Positions 25,220 to 38,700 of a stretch of DNA of 64,000 bases are shown one piece after another. The notes beneath the pieces were generated by a model. It was given only the letters and a program-made list of their open reading frames with translations, was not told the DNA's origin and did no database searches. Source of the DNA: Azolla caroliniana (lineage: Eukaryota > Plantae > Polypodiophyta); assembly GCA_043228905.1 (NCBI GenBank), contig JBHGNT010000002.1, positions 12,338,001 through 12,402,000 on the forward strand. Direction: 5' to 3'. A program made the position numbers and the translations under genes. Position 1 is the stretch's first letter. Each line of letters opens with the position of its first letter.

Positions 25220-26689
25220 ATATATTATGATTAACCCTTATTTTTGGATGTTTCGCGTGCGTAGAGGCTATATGCCTCGATTAAGGGTCTTGATTTCATC
25301 ATAGGTTGGCTATTTGATGTTACGATTTTGTTTTAATATATATGCATATGTGGTCACGTGTATACGTGTTTGATTATATATATGCGACAAATATACATAT
25401 GTGTATATTAGTTATTACGCGATTTCTATATCGAATGTTGTCCTTTTCAGGGAAAGGATATTTGTAGCCATCGTCACATTTTTGAGAGAATGGCGTAGTC
25501 ACCATCCATTTTTCAACAATTTTTTTTTTGACATCCCCGTTGGTCACTTCGATTTTGTTACGTAACGAAACGATCATAGCCACAATGATGTTGAGAACGT
25601 AGGGCTTGACCCACTTCATGTGAGGTTGCTCCTATGACACATGTATCTAACATCCCTCCCTCATTACAGGGATACAATGCCACCATGAGATCATTCTTAC
25701 GAGAGGCATTTGTAATGACGTGACCATGTGATGGGCCACGTGGGCCTACTACGAAAAGAGGGCTCATTTGGCTTGACCATTAGGTTGCACTCTGGCGTAT
25801 GCCATCGTAATTATGAGACTTGAGGTTAGGTAACGTACCAACATAGTTTGTACCAACATATATGTTTCCTTTAAAAAAACATATATGAGCAAATGCCTCG
25901 CATATCTCTTATACACATAAAATGTTTTAAAACATTCAACACAAGCAACCTATTTGGTTAGCTTAAGTGTTTAATGCAATTGTTCTCGAGGTCTCGAGTT
26001 CAAATATGACCAAGACCATACAACATTGTTGATACATATGACTATAAAACATGTTTAGACTTTAGGTCTACGTGCACTTCAAGGTCCTCGTAATAGGACT
26101 TAAAGAGCCGAAACCACATACGTGGGCACAGAAACATAGTTTATTGTTAATATTTTTTTTATGTATAAACTATTCATGACGCAAACATACATGGTTGAGC
26201 CTCGGGGAGCTGCCATGAAAAAATCGATATAGAGATCAGGGAAAGACATTCATTTGTCACCCCCATGGGTTTTAAAACACCTTTGTGTTACCATAGTAAC
26301 TTGATCTTGAACCTCATCTCATACGTCTAGAGGGGTATTGACGTGAGATCATGATATCGATTAATGTTGGCCCATGATATGTTTATATCACGACATGATG
26401 TTATGACCATTTTTTTTACCTTATCCTATTTCTTTGCTAGAAATAATCACTCAATGGCTTAGAATAACAACTTTATGCCATCTGCTCAAGCGGAAGGAAC
26501 TCAAGGAAATCCCCCATTGAGTCGTATTTTTTTCAAATACAACATTTCCTTAGTTCAACTGCACATCAGATGTCTAAACTTTGGTAATATCAAAGTGCTC
26601 TTGAGGCCCGTGTTATTAGTTTACAACGTGAGACTAATAGACCAAATGAGCGTTAGGGTGAACCATCATTTGTCGTAAAGGCATTTACG

Positions 26690-27500
26690 GGAGAAAAAAA
26701 GGAAAGAATCGAAGAAGCAATCTGCACATGGCTGGGCCGATGGGAGTCTCATTTTGAGCTCTGTCCCACGCCAGCTAGTACAAAGATTGCATATGTCGGC
26801 CGAGAACTAGGGGGTAAGGACGCCGCCTGGTGTTGTCTCCATACTTTGGGGAAATTGCTCAATACCTGGACAGATTTTGTCATAGTTTACAAGGGCCAAT
26901 TTTTGCAACCTCCCTCTCAAACCGAGGCAACACAAGCTTTAATGAACCTCTCTAGCAAGAAGTTTTTCTCACTAGAAGACTATGTTCACCATGCTAGAAC
27001 CCAAATCCAAAATTTGGGACAATTGGTTGATAGCTTATTTTGTCAATGGCATCCCCAATTCGGACTATCACTGGATAGTGCATGATAAGGATCCAAAATC
27101 CTTCGAAGAGACCGTTTAAATAGTTCTTCGCTCTCAACACACTTCGAAGAGACCGTTTAAATAGTTCTTCGCTCTCAACGCACTTCGAAGAGACCATTTA
27201 TCTTTATGGAAATCGTTTTGTGGTAACTACGGACCACGAGTCCTTGAAATATTTTTGTGACTAAGAAGCCCTAAAAGGTCGTAAGGCACGATGGGTTGAT
27301 CACATTCAGGACTTTGAGAAAAGTATCCTGATGATAGTTATTTTGTGAAATATTGGGCAAGAGTTGAGTCTGGAATAGACACCACCACATCCTCGAATGA
27401 ATACTTCCACATTACTAACGGTTTGCTCTACCGTAATAGGAAGGTCTGTGTTCCAAATTTGCCTGAGGTAAAAAAGATGCATCTTGGTCATGCAAGATGC
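26690..27500 (+). pseudogene. Heavily deleted Gypsy gag/RNase H remnant with a ~41-bp tandem repeat (27101-27198)
   Basis: YLYGNRFVVTTDHESLKYF...RKARWVDHIQDF and NGLLYRNRKVCVP. Confidence 0.65.
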
Positions 27501-27529
27501 CCCAATACCTGCTTGGGCACGACTACTGG

Positions 27530-28014
27530 AGTTATGTTGATGGAGCTAACGACACAGCACCCAAATCGACACACAGAGACTTCCTGACCTAGGAACTGAC
27601 GGCAAGCAAAGTTCTATACTGCCTTGCATCTTGTGTGAGCGACCAACTCTTGAGCGACATTCGGGATGCCAAGACACCAAAGGATGCATGGACGAATCTC
27701 AAGAGGATTTTCGCCACGAGAACAACGTCCAAGAAGCTACAACTCAGATAGGAGCTAAGAAATTTCTGATAGAAAGATGTGTCTGTGGCCGATTACATGG
27801 CCTGAATAAAGGAAATTTGCGATTCTCTCGCCTCCGTCAACGTGAACGTTGAGGAAGATGAAATGGTGCAGGTGTGCCTTGGAGGGCTAGCGTCCAAGTT
27901 CGGAGCTTTCCGAATGGCAGTTTGCACAAGGGAGAGTACGCCATCACTCTTTGAACTTCAATCGATGTTGCTCATAGAGGAAAATCACGTGGGTGCTTTG
28001 ATAAGTATGCACAC
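27530..28014 (+). pseudogene. Copia F gag, left part (continues at 60762)
   Basis: DQLLSDIRDAKTPKDAW and VQVCLGGLASKFGAF. Joining it to 60766 restores the sequence seen uninterrupted at ~13690-13720. Confidence 0.88.
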
Positions 28015-28868
28015 TGTCGTGAAAATCCGTCACTATGTGCGGATCATGAGGCGGAACCGCTACGGTTATGGACGGAAAGGAAATAGGGCTCACACCCACA
28101 ACACAAGGAAGGCTTACACAAACAAGGCACGAGTATTCGAATGGGTTTGTGAAAAGGAGACGTGCATGGGCAAGCCCGAATCAACCCCTAGTCACAAGGT
28201 GAACGAATGCACATGAGGAAGGCTTACACACAGACACACAAGGAAAAGGCTTACTTACACACACAAGAGACAAAGTTTCAAATGCCTTTGTGAAAAGAGA
28301 GGTGCATGGGCAAGCTTGAACGCTCCCTTGTTACAAGCAAGGTTTACACAAGGGAGACACAATTTCGAACACCTTTGTGAAAGAAGTGTTACCGGCCGGC
28401 AAAGGAGTCCAGAGTGGGAAACGGAGAGCTAATTAAGTAGTAGGAATGTGGTTGTAATTAAGCTATGAGTGTGGACGGATGGACCGGAATCGGTATGCCG
28501 TTCCGGATCCGGACCGATCCCGAATAGGTGCGGATGGCACGTTTTGTAATACAGACCGGAAACCTATTTAATGGCCCGGATACAATGTAATAGTGAGCGG
28601 TTAATTAATGAAAGCTTAAGCGTTGTTATATCTCTGTCAATTGCCATTCTGTCTTAATTGTATATCTTACGCGTGTTATGAAGACGATCCTAATAAGTAA
28701 CTTAACTAAGTCGGATTAAGCATTGAAGTCTAATCCGGTTGCCGTAACACCCTTTGGTGAAGTGTCTCACGTAGACACCCTGTGTTAGGCCATTGTCCGG
28801 CCCGAAGAGTTAACACAGTTTTTGGCGACCACGATTCCTGTTTTTGCAGCGAACGACGGCACGGATGG

Positions 28869-31800
28869 ATGTCTAGATCAACGCACGACCTGGTTACAGA
28901 TCGAACTTGACGCCTTGCCGAAAGGCAAAGGAGACGCGAGGCCTTCCAGCAAGCGGCACAGGAAATTAGAGCGGATCGCTCATTTTCCAACGTAATCCGG
29001 AGAGTAGCGGAGGACTCCCACTGGTTACAACAAACATCGCACCCGGACGACGGCAGTAGCCTAAGCAGCCTCCGGGAAACCGAATCCCTTCTCCACGCGC
29101 TGGCAAACGGAGAAGGCGAAGCAGAGGCCTTTTCAGCATATGAATCGGACTCCGAAGGGGAATACAGCGTGCACACGAACTACCGTAGCAGCAACGAAAC
29201 CCCGGGCGGACCGGAGGACGAAGGATCGGATACCTTACCGACACCGGAACCGGAACCGGAAGTGCTAACGATGGAACCCCCGGTACCAGCAGAAGAAGAA
29301 CGACCTCCGACACCGGAAGTCGAGGAGGAGAGGTCTCCGTCACCAGCGGAAGAGAAACAACTGACACCGGAATCAAATCGGGAAAGACCACCGACACCGG
29401 AGAAAATTCCGGAACGAGCACCAACGCTACCAGCCCGCGCACCGATACTGGACGACGACATGCCGTTCCAGTACTCCAAGTATAGAGATGATCCGGACGC
29501 GGAAGCTCATGTGCACGCATTTGAACGGACATGGGAAGCCAACCATGTGTCCCAGCGACTGACACCGGAGGAAGAAGAACGCTCTAAGATAGCAGAGTTT
29601 GGCGTCACATTGGAGGGACCGACAGCAAGATGGCGCCGGACGCAGGACCCGTCTACCATCAACACCTTTGCAGATTTAAAAGCTAAATTCATGCATTTTT
29701 TTCAAAAGGAGGTGGACCAGACCGTAATGGTAGGCTTATTTTATACTATCCGGCAAGAGGCAGGGGAGAGCATTCCCCAATTTGTCATCCGGTTTCAACG
29801 GATGCATAGTCAGCTTACCCGTGCACCCTCGGAGGAGGAATTACGGACGATATTCCTAAACGCGCTCCGGGAACCCCTACGCACGGTTTGCACGGTAATC
29901 GATTTCTTTACAAGTACCATCGACCAGGTCATTGACCGGGTGAAAGAGATGGAAAAGACAAGCTCCTGGCTCACATTGGGCGCACTTCAACGGGCGTTAC
30001 CGTCCGATGAAGACCTCCGATTTCGGCAAGCAATACAGTGCACAACCTGCTTGAATTCCGGACACTCGGCTCTAGAATGCACTATGAGGACGCAATGTGT
30101 AATCTATCGGTCCAAGAGCCATACGACGGATAGGTGCGAGTATAATTTGTTGACTCGGCAAGCACCGCCCGTCCGACAAATTGAGCCACGCAGCAGCCGG
30201 GACGAAGAAGACGAACGCTGGCGGCGAATGGACCGTGACCGACCGGCACAGGATGTCCGGTATGACGAGCGACGGGAAAATAATGTCCGATACGGCGAGC
30301 GACGGGAAAATGATGTCCGGTACGGTGATCGGCAAGATAACTATGACCGGCATGATCGGCACTAGGATTACAATAGACGATACGAACAGTACGACCGGGA
30401 GCACTCCCCCGGGTATCGTCAGCAACGGGAGGAATACGGCCGATATAACGGGCAACCCCGTCAGGAGTACCGTAATAAGAAGAGCTTTAACAAGAAACGG
30501 CATTTTAAAAAAGGCGGCTACCCCCGGGACCCGGAACAAGGCGCTCCAAGTAGCCAACCGGTACAAAACCCCGCGCGTACCGTAGGACCTGCCCCGGGTA
30601 CAACAGACAATGCCAAATCTAGCAATGCCCGAAAAGCCTACTGCTACTACTGCAGACAGGAAGGCCATTATAGTAACCAATGCCCGGTGAAGAGCTATAA
30701 GAAACGACCAGCGGTAAATATGGTAGTCCTTGAGGTGGCAGACCTGCAGCAGGTGACCACAAGATCGAAGGGCATGGCCAAAGAATGGGAGACACAGGAG
30801 ACCATCCGCAAACAAGCAACGGAATGGGTAAAGAAAGCAAACGAGCAGAATGTCACAGACTTACAGCAGCAAAAGGAGAACACCGCAGGGCTTGCCGGCG
30901 GTAGTCACTCTGAGAACGAGACATGGCAGGCGTTGCAAGAATGCCAGATTACGTTACCACTAGGAAGACTCCTACAACTCGTGCCTAGATTCACGGAAGG
31001 ACTGAAGACGGCCATGACGGCAGGAGAACCATCACCGGCACCGGTACTCTTCTCGAATCCGGAGGAGGGACCAACAGTGGTAGACACCAGCAGTCCGGTA
31101 ATCACTGCCATTGTAAAAGGGAAAGAACTCCCCAGCATAGTTATAGACGGAGGCTCCGGGGTAAATGTAATAAGCCTCCGGACGTGTGAGGACCTAGGAA
31201 TCCACGAGTGGGAGCCGTGTCCGTTCTGGTTGCGGATGGCCGATACAAGCTCAGTGCGGTTGACAGGATTAATACGGAAATTAGAAGTCACCGTCGGCGG
31301 GCATACATTTCACATCTCGGCCGTAGTGCTACAATTACAGGCACAAGACGCATACCCACTATTGCTGGGGCGGCCATGGTTGAAAACGGCACATATCAAA
31401 CAGAATTGGCGAAAAAATATAATTACCTTCTGGCGAGGAAAAGCCAAGGTACGGGTACCAACACAGCCAAGGACGAGCACTGGCAAGGAATGTACACTGT
31501 TGTATGCGGAATGCGTCAACATGCTCGAAGGGTTAGCGGACGAAGAAGAAGCTCAATACCTGCAGGAAAACCCGAAGATCATACCCCTCTTCGAAATTGA
31601 CATTGCCGAAGCCGTAGCACCGTACTTACCGCAACCAGAAGAGGCGGAAGCAGAACCTGATAAAGACGCAATCCGGGAGTTACGGCAAGCGCAGGAAGCG
31701 TTGGAACGGGAAATGGCCGTTTCACAGCGCGTGAAAGCATCGCAATTGGAAGAGGTGAATTTAGGCACCACGGACGAAGCAAAACCGGTGCAGATCACCA

Positions 31801-34673
31801 AGGAGATGAAGTCCGGAGACAAAACAGCGATGATAACACTTCTCATGGAATTTCGCGACGTATTCGCCTGGTCATACGAAGACATGCGAGGACTCGACCC
31901 TCTGTTATACCAGCATCAAGTGCACTTGAGCAAAGACGCAAAACCAGTGGCACAAAGACGGTACCGAATGAATCCCAATTATGCTGCCAAGGTCAAGGAA
32001 GAAATCGACAAATTGCTAAGAGTTGGCTTTATCCGTTCGGTAAAGAAAGCGACATGGCTGAGCCCGATCGTAGTCATACCGAAGAAGAACGGAAAAATTC
32101 GAGTTTGCGTGGACTACCGGAAACTCAATGCGGCTACGGTAACGGATGCATTTCCACCTCCGTTCACAGATGGAGTGTTGGATGCCGTCGCCGGCCATGA
32201 GGTCTATAGCTTCCTAGACGGATTCAGCGGATATAATCAGATCCGGATGCACCCCGACGACCAAGAGAAAACGGCATTCGTCACCGAATGGGGGGTGTTT
32301 GTGGCCGTGGTGATGATGTTCGGACTCAAAACAGCATCGGCAACGTTTCAAAGGATCATCATGGAAATCTTTGGTGAATATATACCGGCTTTTATGCAGG
32401 TTTTCCTTGACGATTTCGCCGTCTATAGTCGGGAGGAGGACCATTTTCAACATCTCCGTCTTTGTCTAGAAAAGTGTAGAGCGTACCGGCTAAGCTTGAA
32501 TCCGGCAAAGTGTGTATTTGGCGTGTCCAGTGGAACTTTATTAGGACATATCGTAAGCCAGGAAGGTATAGCAGTCGACCCGGACAAAGTGAAAGCCATA
32601 TTAGAAGCACCGGCGCCGGCAACGGCAAAGGCATTGAGCCGGTTCTTAGGCCAGATCCAGTGGCATAGCCGGATGCTCCGATACTTGGCCGACCTGGCTA
32701 CACCGTTGCATGCCGTCGTACATCGGACACCATTCCAGTGGACCGATATTGAGGATAGGGCGTATAAGGCCCTCAAGGTACTATTATCGCAGGCACCGGT
32801 AGTACAACCTCCGGATTGGAGTAAAGAATTTCACGTGTTCGTGGACGCCTCCGACATCGCAATCGGAAGCGTACTGATGCAGCTTACGGAACCAAAGTGG
32901 TACCGGCCAGTGTACTATGCCAACCAGAAGCTATCCCAAGCAGAACGGAACTACTCTACTACGGAACGGGAAGCTCTAGGAATGATCTACAGTGTGACAA
33001 AGTTTCGGCACTATTTATTGGGAAGGAAGTTTTCCTTCCATGTAGATCATTCAACACTCCTTTACCTGGTGTCCAAGGCGTCACTCACCGGCAAATTGGC
33101 CCGGTGGACCTTACTGTTATAGGAGTTCGAGTTTGAAATATTCCACCGACCCGGTATACAGCATGCCGTAGCAGATTACTTAAGCCGATTGGAGTCCGGA
33201 GAGACAGGTGACGGAGTACCGGATGAGTTTCCGGATGCGGAGCTGTTTCGAGTCACTACGGAGACGGCAGCAGATGAGACAGTAGCCCAGGAAGACAAGT
33301 GGCTCACAAATATGCACCAGTTTCTGAGCACAGGACTGCCTCTGGAAGAGCTGAACCGGGACGAACGGAAACGCCTGGCGGTACAAAGCCGACATTTCTG
33401 CTTACTGCAAGACACACTGTACCACAAGGGAGCTGACGGCATATGGAGACGGGCAGTGCGCAACGATGAAAAGGAACTGATACTGAGGGAAGCCCACTGC
33501 GGAATTGCCGGAGATCACTATGCCGGAGATGCGACAGCCAGAAAAATATGGCAAAGTGGCCTATGGTGGCCAACGACATTAAGAGATGCGGTACGGTACG
33601 CAAAAGAATGTGACCTATGCCAGAGAATGGGCCAGCCAACGGAGCAAGCTCGTATGCCACACCAGCCGGTACTACCACTCGAGCCATTCCAAAAGTGGGG
33701 GTTGGACTTTGTAGGACCGTTCAAGCCACCGGCAATGAGAACGGGTAATCGGTACGTTATCGTTGCTACGGATTACTGCACGAAATGGGTGGAGGCCAAA
33801 GCTTTACGGGATAACACCGTTGCGTCAACGGCAAAGTTTCTATATGAGTACATCTGGTGCCGTTACGGATGCCGCATTGAATTGATAACTGACCAAGGGG
33901 GGCACTTTCTCGGACAAGTGGTGGAAAGCCTAATGACCTTCTATGCCGTGGTCCACAAACGAAGCACACCTTACTATCCACAGGCGAACGGATTAGCGGA
34001 ATCAACAAACAAGACGCTCCAGAACATCCTTCGGAAGATCGTCAACGAGAACCGGACGGATTGGGACACAAAGCTACATAGCGCGCTTTGGGCATACCGG
34101 ACGGCATACAAAACGAGCATCCGAACAACACCGTTCCGGTTGGCGTTCGGACTTGAGGCGGTCATGCCGGTAGAATTTCAAGTACCTAGCTTACGGATTC
34201 AGCTACGAGAACGGCTGAACGAGAAGGAGTCGGAGACAATAAGGTTGATAGCGCTGTGTGAGCTGGAGGAACAACGGTTGGCCAGCATCCTACATTTAGA
34301 ATTAGAGCAACGGCGACGGAAAGCATTCGTTGACCGGCACAGGAAAGGTAACGAAAAAATGTTCGCAATTGGCAAACCAGTGCTAGTATTCCAAACCCGG
34401 ATGGGCAAGATGCCGGGTAAACTAAGGTTTAGATGGACTGGACCATATTGGCTAACACGGGAGTATAATGGGTCCTACCAGTTGGGGACACTTGCCGGCG
34501 AAGTGCTGGGCAAATGGGTAAATGGATTCCGGTTAAAGGCATATAGAGGACCGATGCCTAAGAACCCATTTGAGCAAAGGACCGACGGCAACCACGAAGA
34601 CGGCAGAGACGGCAAGACGGTAACCAGAGAGAATGTGGCCGGTAAGGGTCCGGGAGGACCAACGGACATGTGA
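28869..34673 (+). pseudogene. gag-pol: Gypsy B single-frame gag-pol with three in-frame stops (28908, 30363, 33120)
   Basis: ORFs 29169, 30687 and 33189 share a frame. Three CCHC-type knuckles (one C>Y), PR IDGGSG, RT FLDD, RH VDASD, IN WGLDFVGP and GPY motif. Confidence 0.93.
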
Positions 34674-35760
34674 CGTCACACTAATAAGAATAATAACTGA
34701 AAAAAAAAAAAAAAACAATCATGCAAAAGCGAGGAATGAATGGATGAAAGAGCGTGGAGCGAAAAGGTACGTAGTGGGCATTTAAAGCGCCACCACAGGA
34801 CATAATGCTATTTTAAGTACGCGACATGCACAAACTCGAAAAAGGCGCCAGAATGCACAGACAAAAACCATTGCGCGTAGAGACCCTCTATTTTCGCGAA
34901 TCCAGGAGCACAGAAGCACCGAAACGCTGCAAGATTATCAGAAGAGAACCTGCGCACAGAGAACCCATGCCTTCTAAACTCTCTCTTTCTCAACCCCGCT
35001 CTCATCACCATCCATCCTCGCCACCGCAGTCCGACCCCGACACAGAAATGGACCCGCAAACGCTGTCGGAAGCCGCCAAGACATGGCTGAAGCAACACGG
35101 GCTCGAGGGCTTCCTGATGATGATGGAAGTACCGCCACACAAAGAAGTCGACAAAGTGATCAAGGAAATGTTGCAAACAGTGCTCGGCCACAACCGAGGA
35201 ATAGGATCAACTCACAGAAAAACAGGAAATACACAATGCACGAAGGCAATAGAGAGAAGAGTACATAGGATGTTTTACGTGGAAAACCCTAAATGGGAAA
35301 AACCACGGGAGTCCTCAAACTCCAACTATCACTATGAACAGAGGTGTACAATGGTGAAGCTACAAGGCAACAACCTTGAGCTCACTGTCTTCGCCACAGG
35401 CGGCGGTAATACACAGAGGCAACGACCTCTTCGTCTCTCTCTCTCTCTCTCTCTTCGGTTGCTCTGTTTACACTCTCTGAGTGAAAGCAGAAAAATAAGC
35501 AACAACATAAAACTGTTTGCCCTAAGTCATATTTATACACATATGACTTTCGGGCTATTTACAAATATAGCCTCAAGGGCCCTTGGCAAACATATTCACA
35601 AATATGTCCCCGCATCCGGATCTCTCTCCGGGTACATTCATCATCCGGCTCCGTAGCCGGGTCTTCGTCATCCGGTTCCGTAACCGCAACCGGGCTTGCC
35701 GTCATTCATCTCCGGACATCCCATCCGGAGGGACCGAAAAAATCCCAACAAACTCCCCCT

Positions 35761-38700
35761 TCACTTCGGCATGGGATGTCTCTCCAATCCGATCCTCTTC
35801 CGGCATGCTTCCAGCTTATCGGGTGTAAGTACCTTGGTCAGCATATCCGACCCGTTCTCGTCCGTGTGGATCTTCGTCAGCACGAACTCCTTGTCTTCTA
35901 TCCTTTCCCGGATCCAGTGGTATCTACGCTGGATGTGCTTCGTCCGGGAGTGATAGGCCGCATTCTTCGCAAGGTGGATGGCACTCTGACTGTCGCAGTA
36001 GAGTCGGTACTCCTGCTGCCGGACACCGAGCTCTCTAATGAAGTCCTTCATCCATATTATTTCCTTGCCGGCTTCAACAGCCACCATGTACTCCGCCTCC
36101 GTGGTTGACAACGCAACCGTCTTCTGCAGCCTCGACTGCCACGAAACAGCTCCCCCTGCATACGTCATCACATACCCTGATGTGGACCGGCTGGTATCTG
36201 CATCAGCCGACATATCCGAATCGGTGAAACCGTCGAGTTCGGGCTTACCGGAGCCGAATCGGAGGCACACATTTGCCGTGCCCTTCAGGTATCGGAGTAT
36301 CCACTTGACCGCGTTCCAGTGCTCTTTGCCGGGATTACTCATATACCGACTCACCACTCCGACTGCGTATCCAATGTCCGGTCGGGTACACACCATTGCG
36401 TACATCAAGCTCCCGACGGCAGAGGCATATGGTACTTTCATCATGTCCTCCTTCTCAGCCTTTATCTTGGGGCTTTGCTTGCTGGACAGCTTGCAGTTTG
36501 CCGGGAGGGTTGACCCAACCGGTCTTGCTTCCGACATGTTGAACCGTTGAAGCACCTTTGTCACGTACTTCTCCTGTGACAGCCACAACTGCTTCTTCTT
36601 CCGGTCTCGGATGATGTGCATCCCTAGTATTTGCCTCGCCGGACCCAAGTCCTTCATTGAGAAGGTTCGGTGAAGAGCCTTCTTCAGCATCCGTATCTTG
36701 ACCTGGTCCCGTCCGACGATCAACATGTCGTCCACGTACAGGAGGAGTATTAGAAAGTCTCCTCCTTCGAACTTCTTCACAAACACGCAGTGATCGGACT
36801 GCGTTTTGTGGTACCCTTCGTCTGTCATGAAGGAGTCGAACTTCCGGTACCATTGCCGGGGAGCCTGCTTCAGACCGTAAAGGCTCTTCTTCAACCGGCA
36901 TACCAGGTGCTCCTTCCCTTTCTTCTCAAATCCTTCCGGTTGCTGCATGTAGATCTCTTCTTCGAGGTCACCGTGAAGGAATGCAGTCTTCACGTCCATC
37001 TGTTCTACCTCGAGGTCCATGCTTGCCGCTATGCTCAGCACCGTCCGGATGGAGGTCATCTTCACTACCGGGGCAAATATCTCGTCGAAGTCGACGCCCT
37101 TCTTCTGCTGAAACCCCTTCACCACGATCCTGGCTTTGTATCTCGGGGGGTTTTCGGCATCTCCCGGTTTCAGCTTGAACACCCACTTGTTTCGAAGTGC
37201 CCGCTTTCCTTTCGGCAACTCCACAAGTTCATATGTGTGGTTCTCATGCAGGGAATCCATCTCGTCCTGCATGGCACTCAACCACTTGCGGCTCTGGGTG
37301 TCATGCTTTGCTTCTTCAAGGCTCTCTGGCTCCCCCTCGTCGGTTAGCAGCACGTGCTCTGGTTCCGGAAATCTCCGGGGGGCCCTTCTCTCTCTTAGAG
37401 GATATCTCCGTTCCGGAGCTTCGGTAACCGGCTCCTCCGTTTCCTCTTCATCTGAATCCATTTCGGGATCGGGGCCGGTTCCGGTATCAGTTTCATCTTC
37501 CTCGGTCGGTTCTGTTTCTTCACCGTCTTCGGCCGGATCCTCGAGTGCTAACCGGTCTCTTGCCGGTCGGGACTGCTCCTCGTAGAGTTGATTCTCACCG
37601 GTTGACTTGGAGCTCTTCATCTTCTTCTCCGACTCCCAGTCGGCGAGTGTCTTGTCCTCCATGAAGATGATATCTCGACTCCTGGATATCTTCTTGTCGA
37701 CCGGGTCCCATACTCGGTAGCCGAACTCGTCGTCGCCGTAACCGAGGAATATGCATGGCCGGGTCTTTGGATCTAACTTTCCTCTCCGGTCCTTTGCCAC
37801 ATGCACGTATGCGAGACACCCGAACACCTTCAGATGCCGGTAGGATACTTCCCTACCGGTCCACACTTTCTGCGGCGTGTCTCCGTCCAAAGGTACTGAG
37901 GGTGATCTGTTAATCACGTATGTCGCCGTCGACATTGCCTCAGCCCAAAACCCCTTGGGTAATTTCGCATGCGCCAGCATACTCCGGACCCTCTCCATTA
38001 TGGTTCGGTTCATCCTCTCGGCCAGGCCGTTCAGTTCCGGCGTCTTCGGCACTGTAAACTCGAGCCGGATTCCCTTCGAACGGCAATACTCCTCAAATTG
38101 CCCTCGGTATTCTCCTCCGTTATCCGCTCGTATCGCTTTCAGCTTCATGCCGGATTCTCTTTCCACTCTCGCGTGGAGTTCTTTGAAGACGGACAATACT
38201 TGGTCCTTTGTCTTCAGCGGTGCCGTCCACAGCTTCCGGCTATGGTCATCTATGAATGTTACGAAGTACTGGGCTCCGCCATGTGACTTCGTTTCTATCT
38301 GACACACATCAGTGTGCACCAACTCCAATGGTGCGCTACGTCTCGTCGGTGGCCTTGAGTGGAAGGAGGTTCGGTTCTGCTTACCGGCCAGGCAATCGGT
38401 GCATTTCTCCAGGTGCACATGCTTCACTGGAATGAGGTTGTCTTCTGCAAGCCTCTTCATCCCCTTCTCACTCATGTGGCACAGTCTCTTGTGCCACAGC
38501 TCACCGGCAGTGTCGGCTGCCACGTTCAAGTCTTCCGGACACAACCGGGCATCCATAAGGTACAGTGTGTTGACTTTCCGGGCCCGAGCCACTATCAGGC
38601 TCCCCTTGCTGAACTTCATTACGCCGTTCCGGATGCTACCTGTGTAGCCTTCATCGTCTAGCCTCCCGGCCGAAATCAGGTTCAATCGAACCTCCGGAAC

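Noticed and set aside
24436-25224. TSD for the solo LTR
   Set aside because: The flanks GCGT and ATAT match only if three transitions are assumed.
34826-35656. 276-aa ORF (and the 651-aa ORF 39865-41820) as independent genes
   Set aside because: Chimeras of B's accessory ORF and Copia C LTR sequence.
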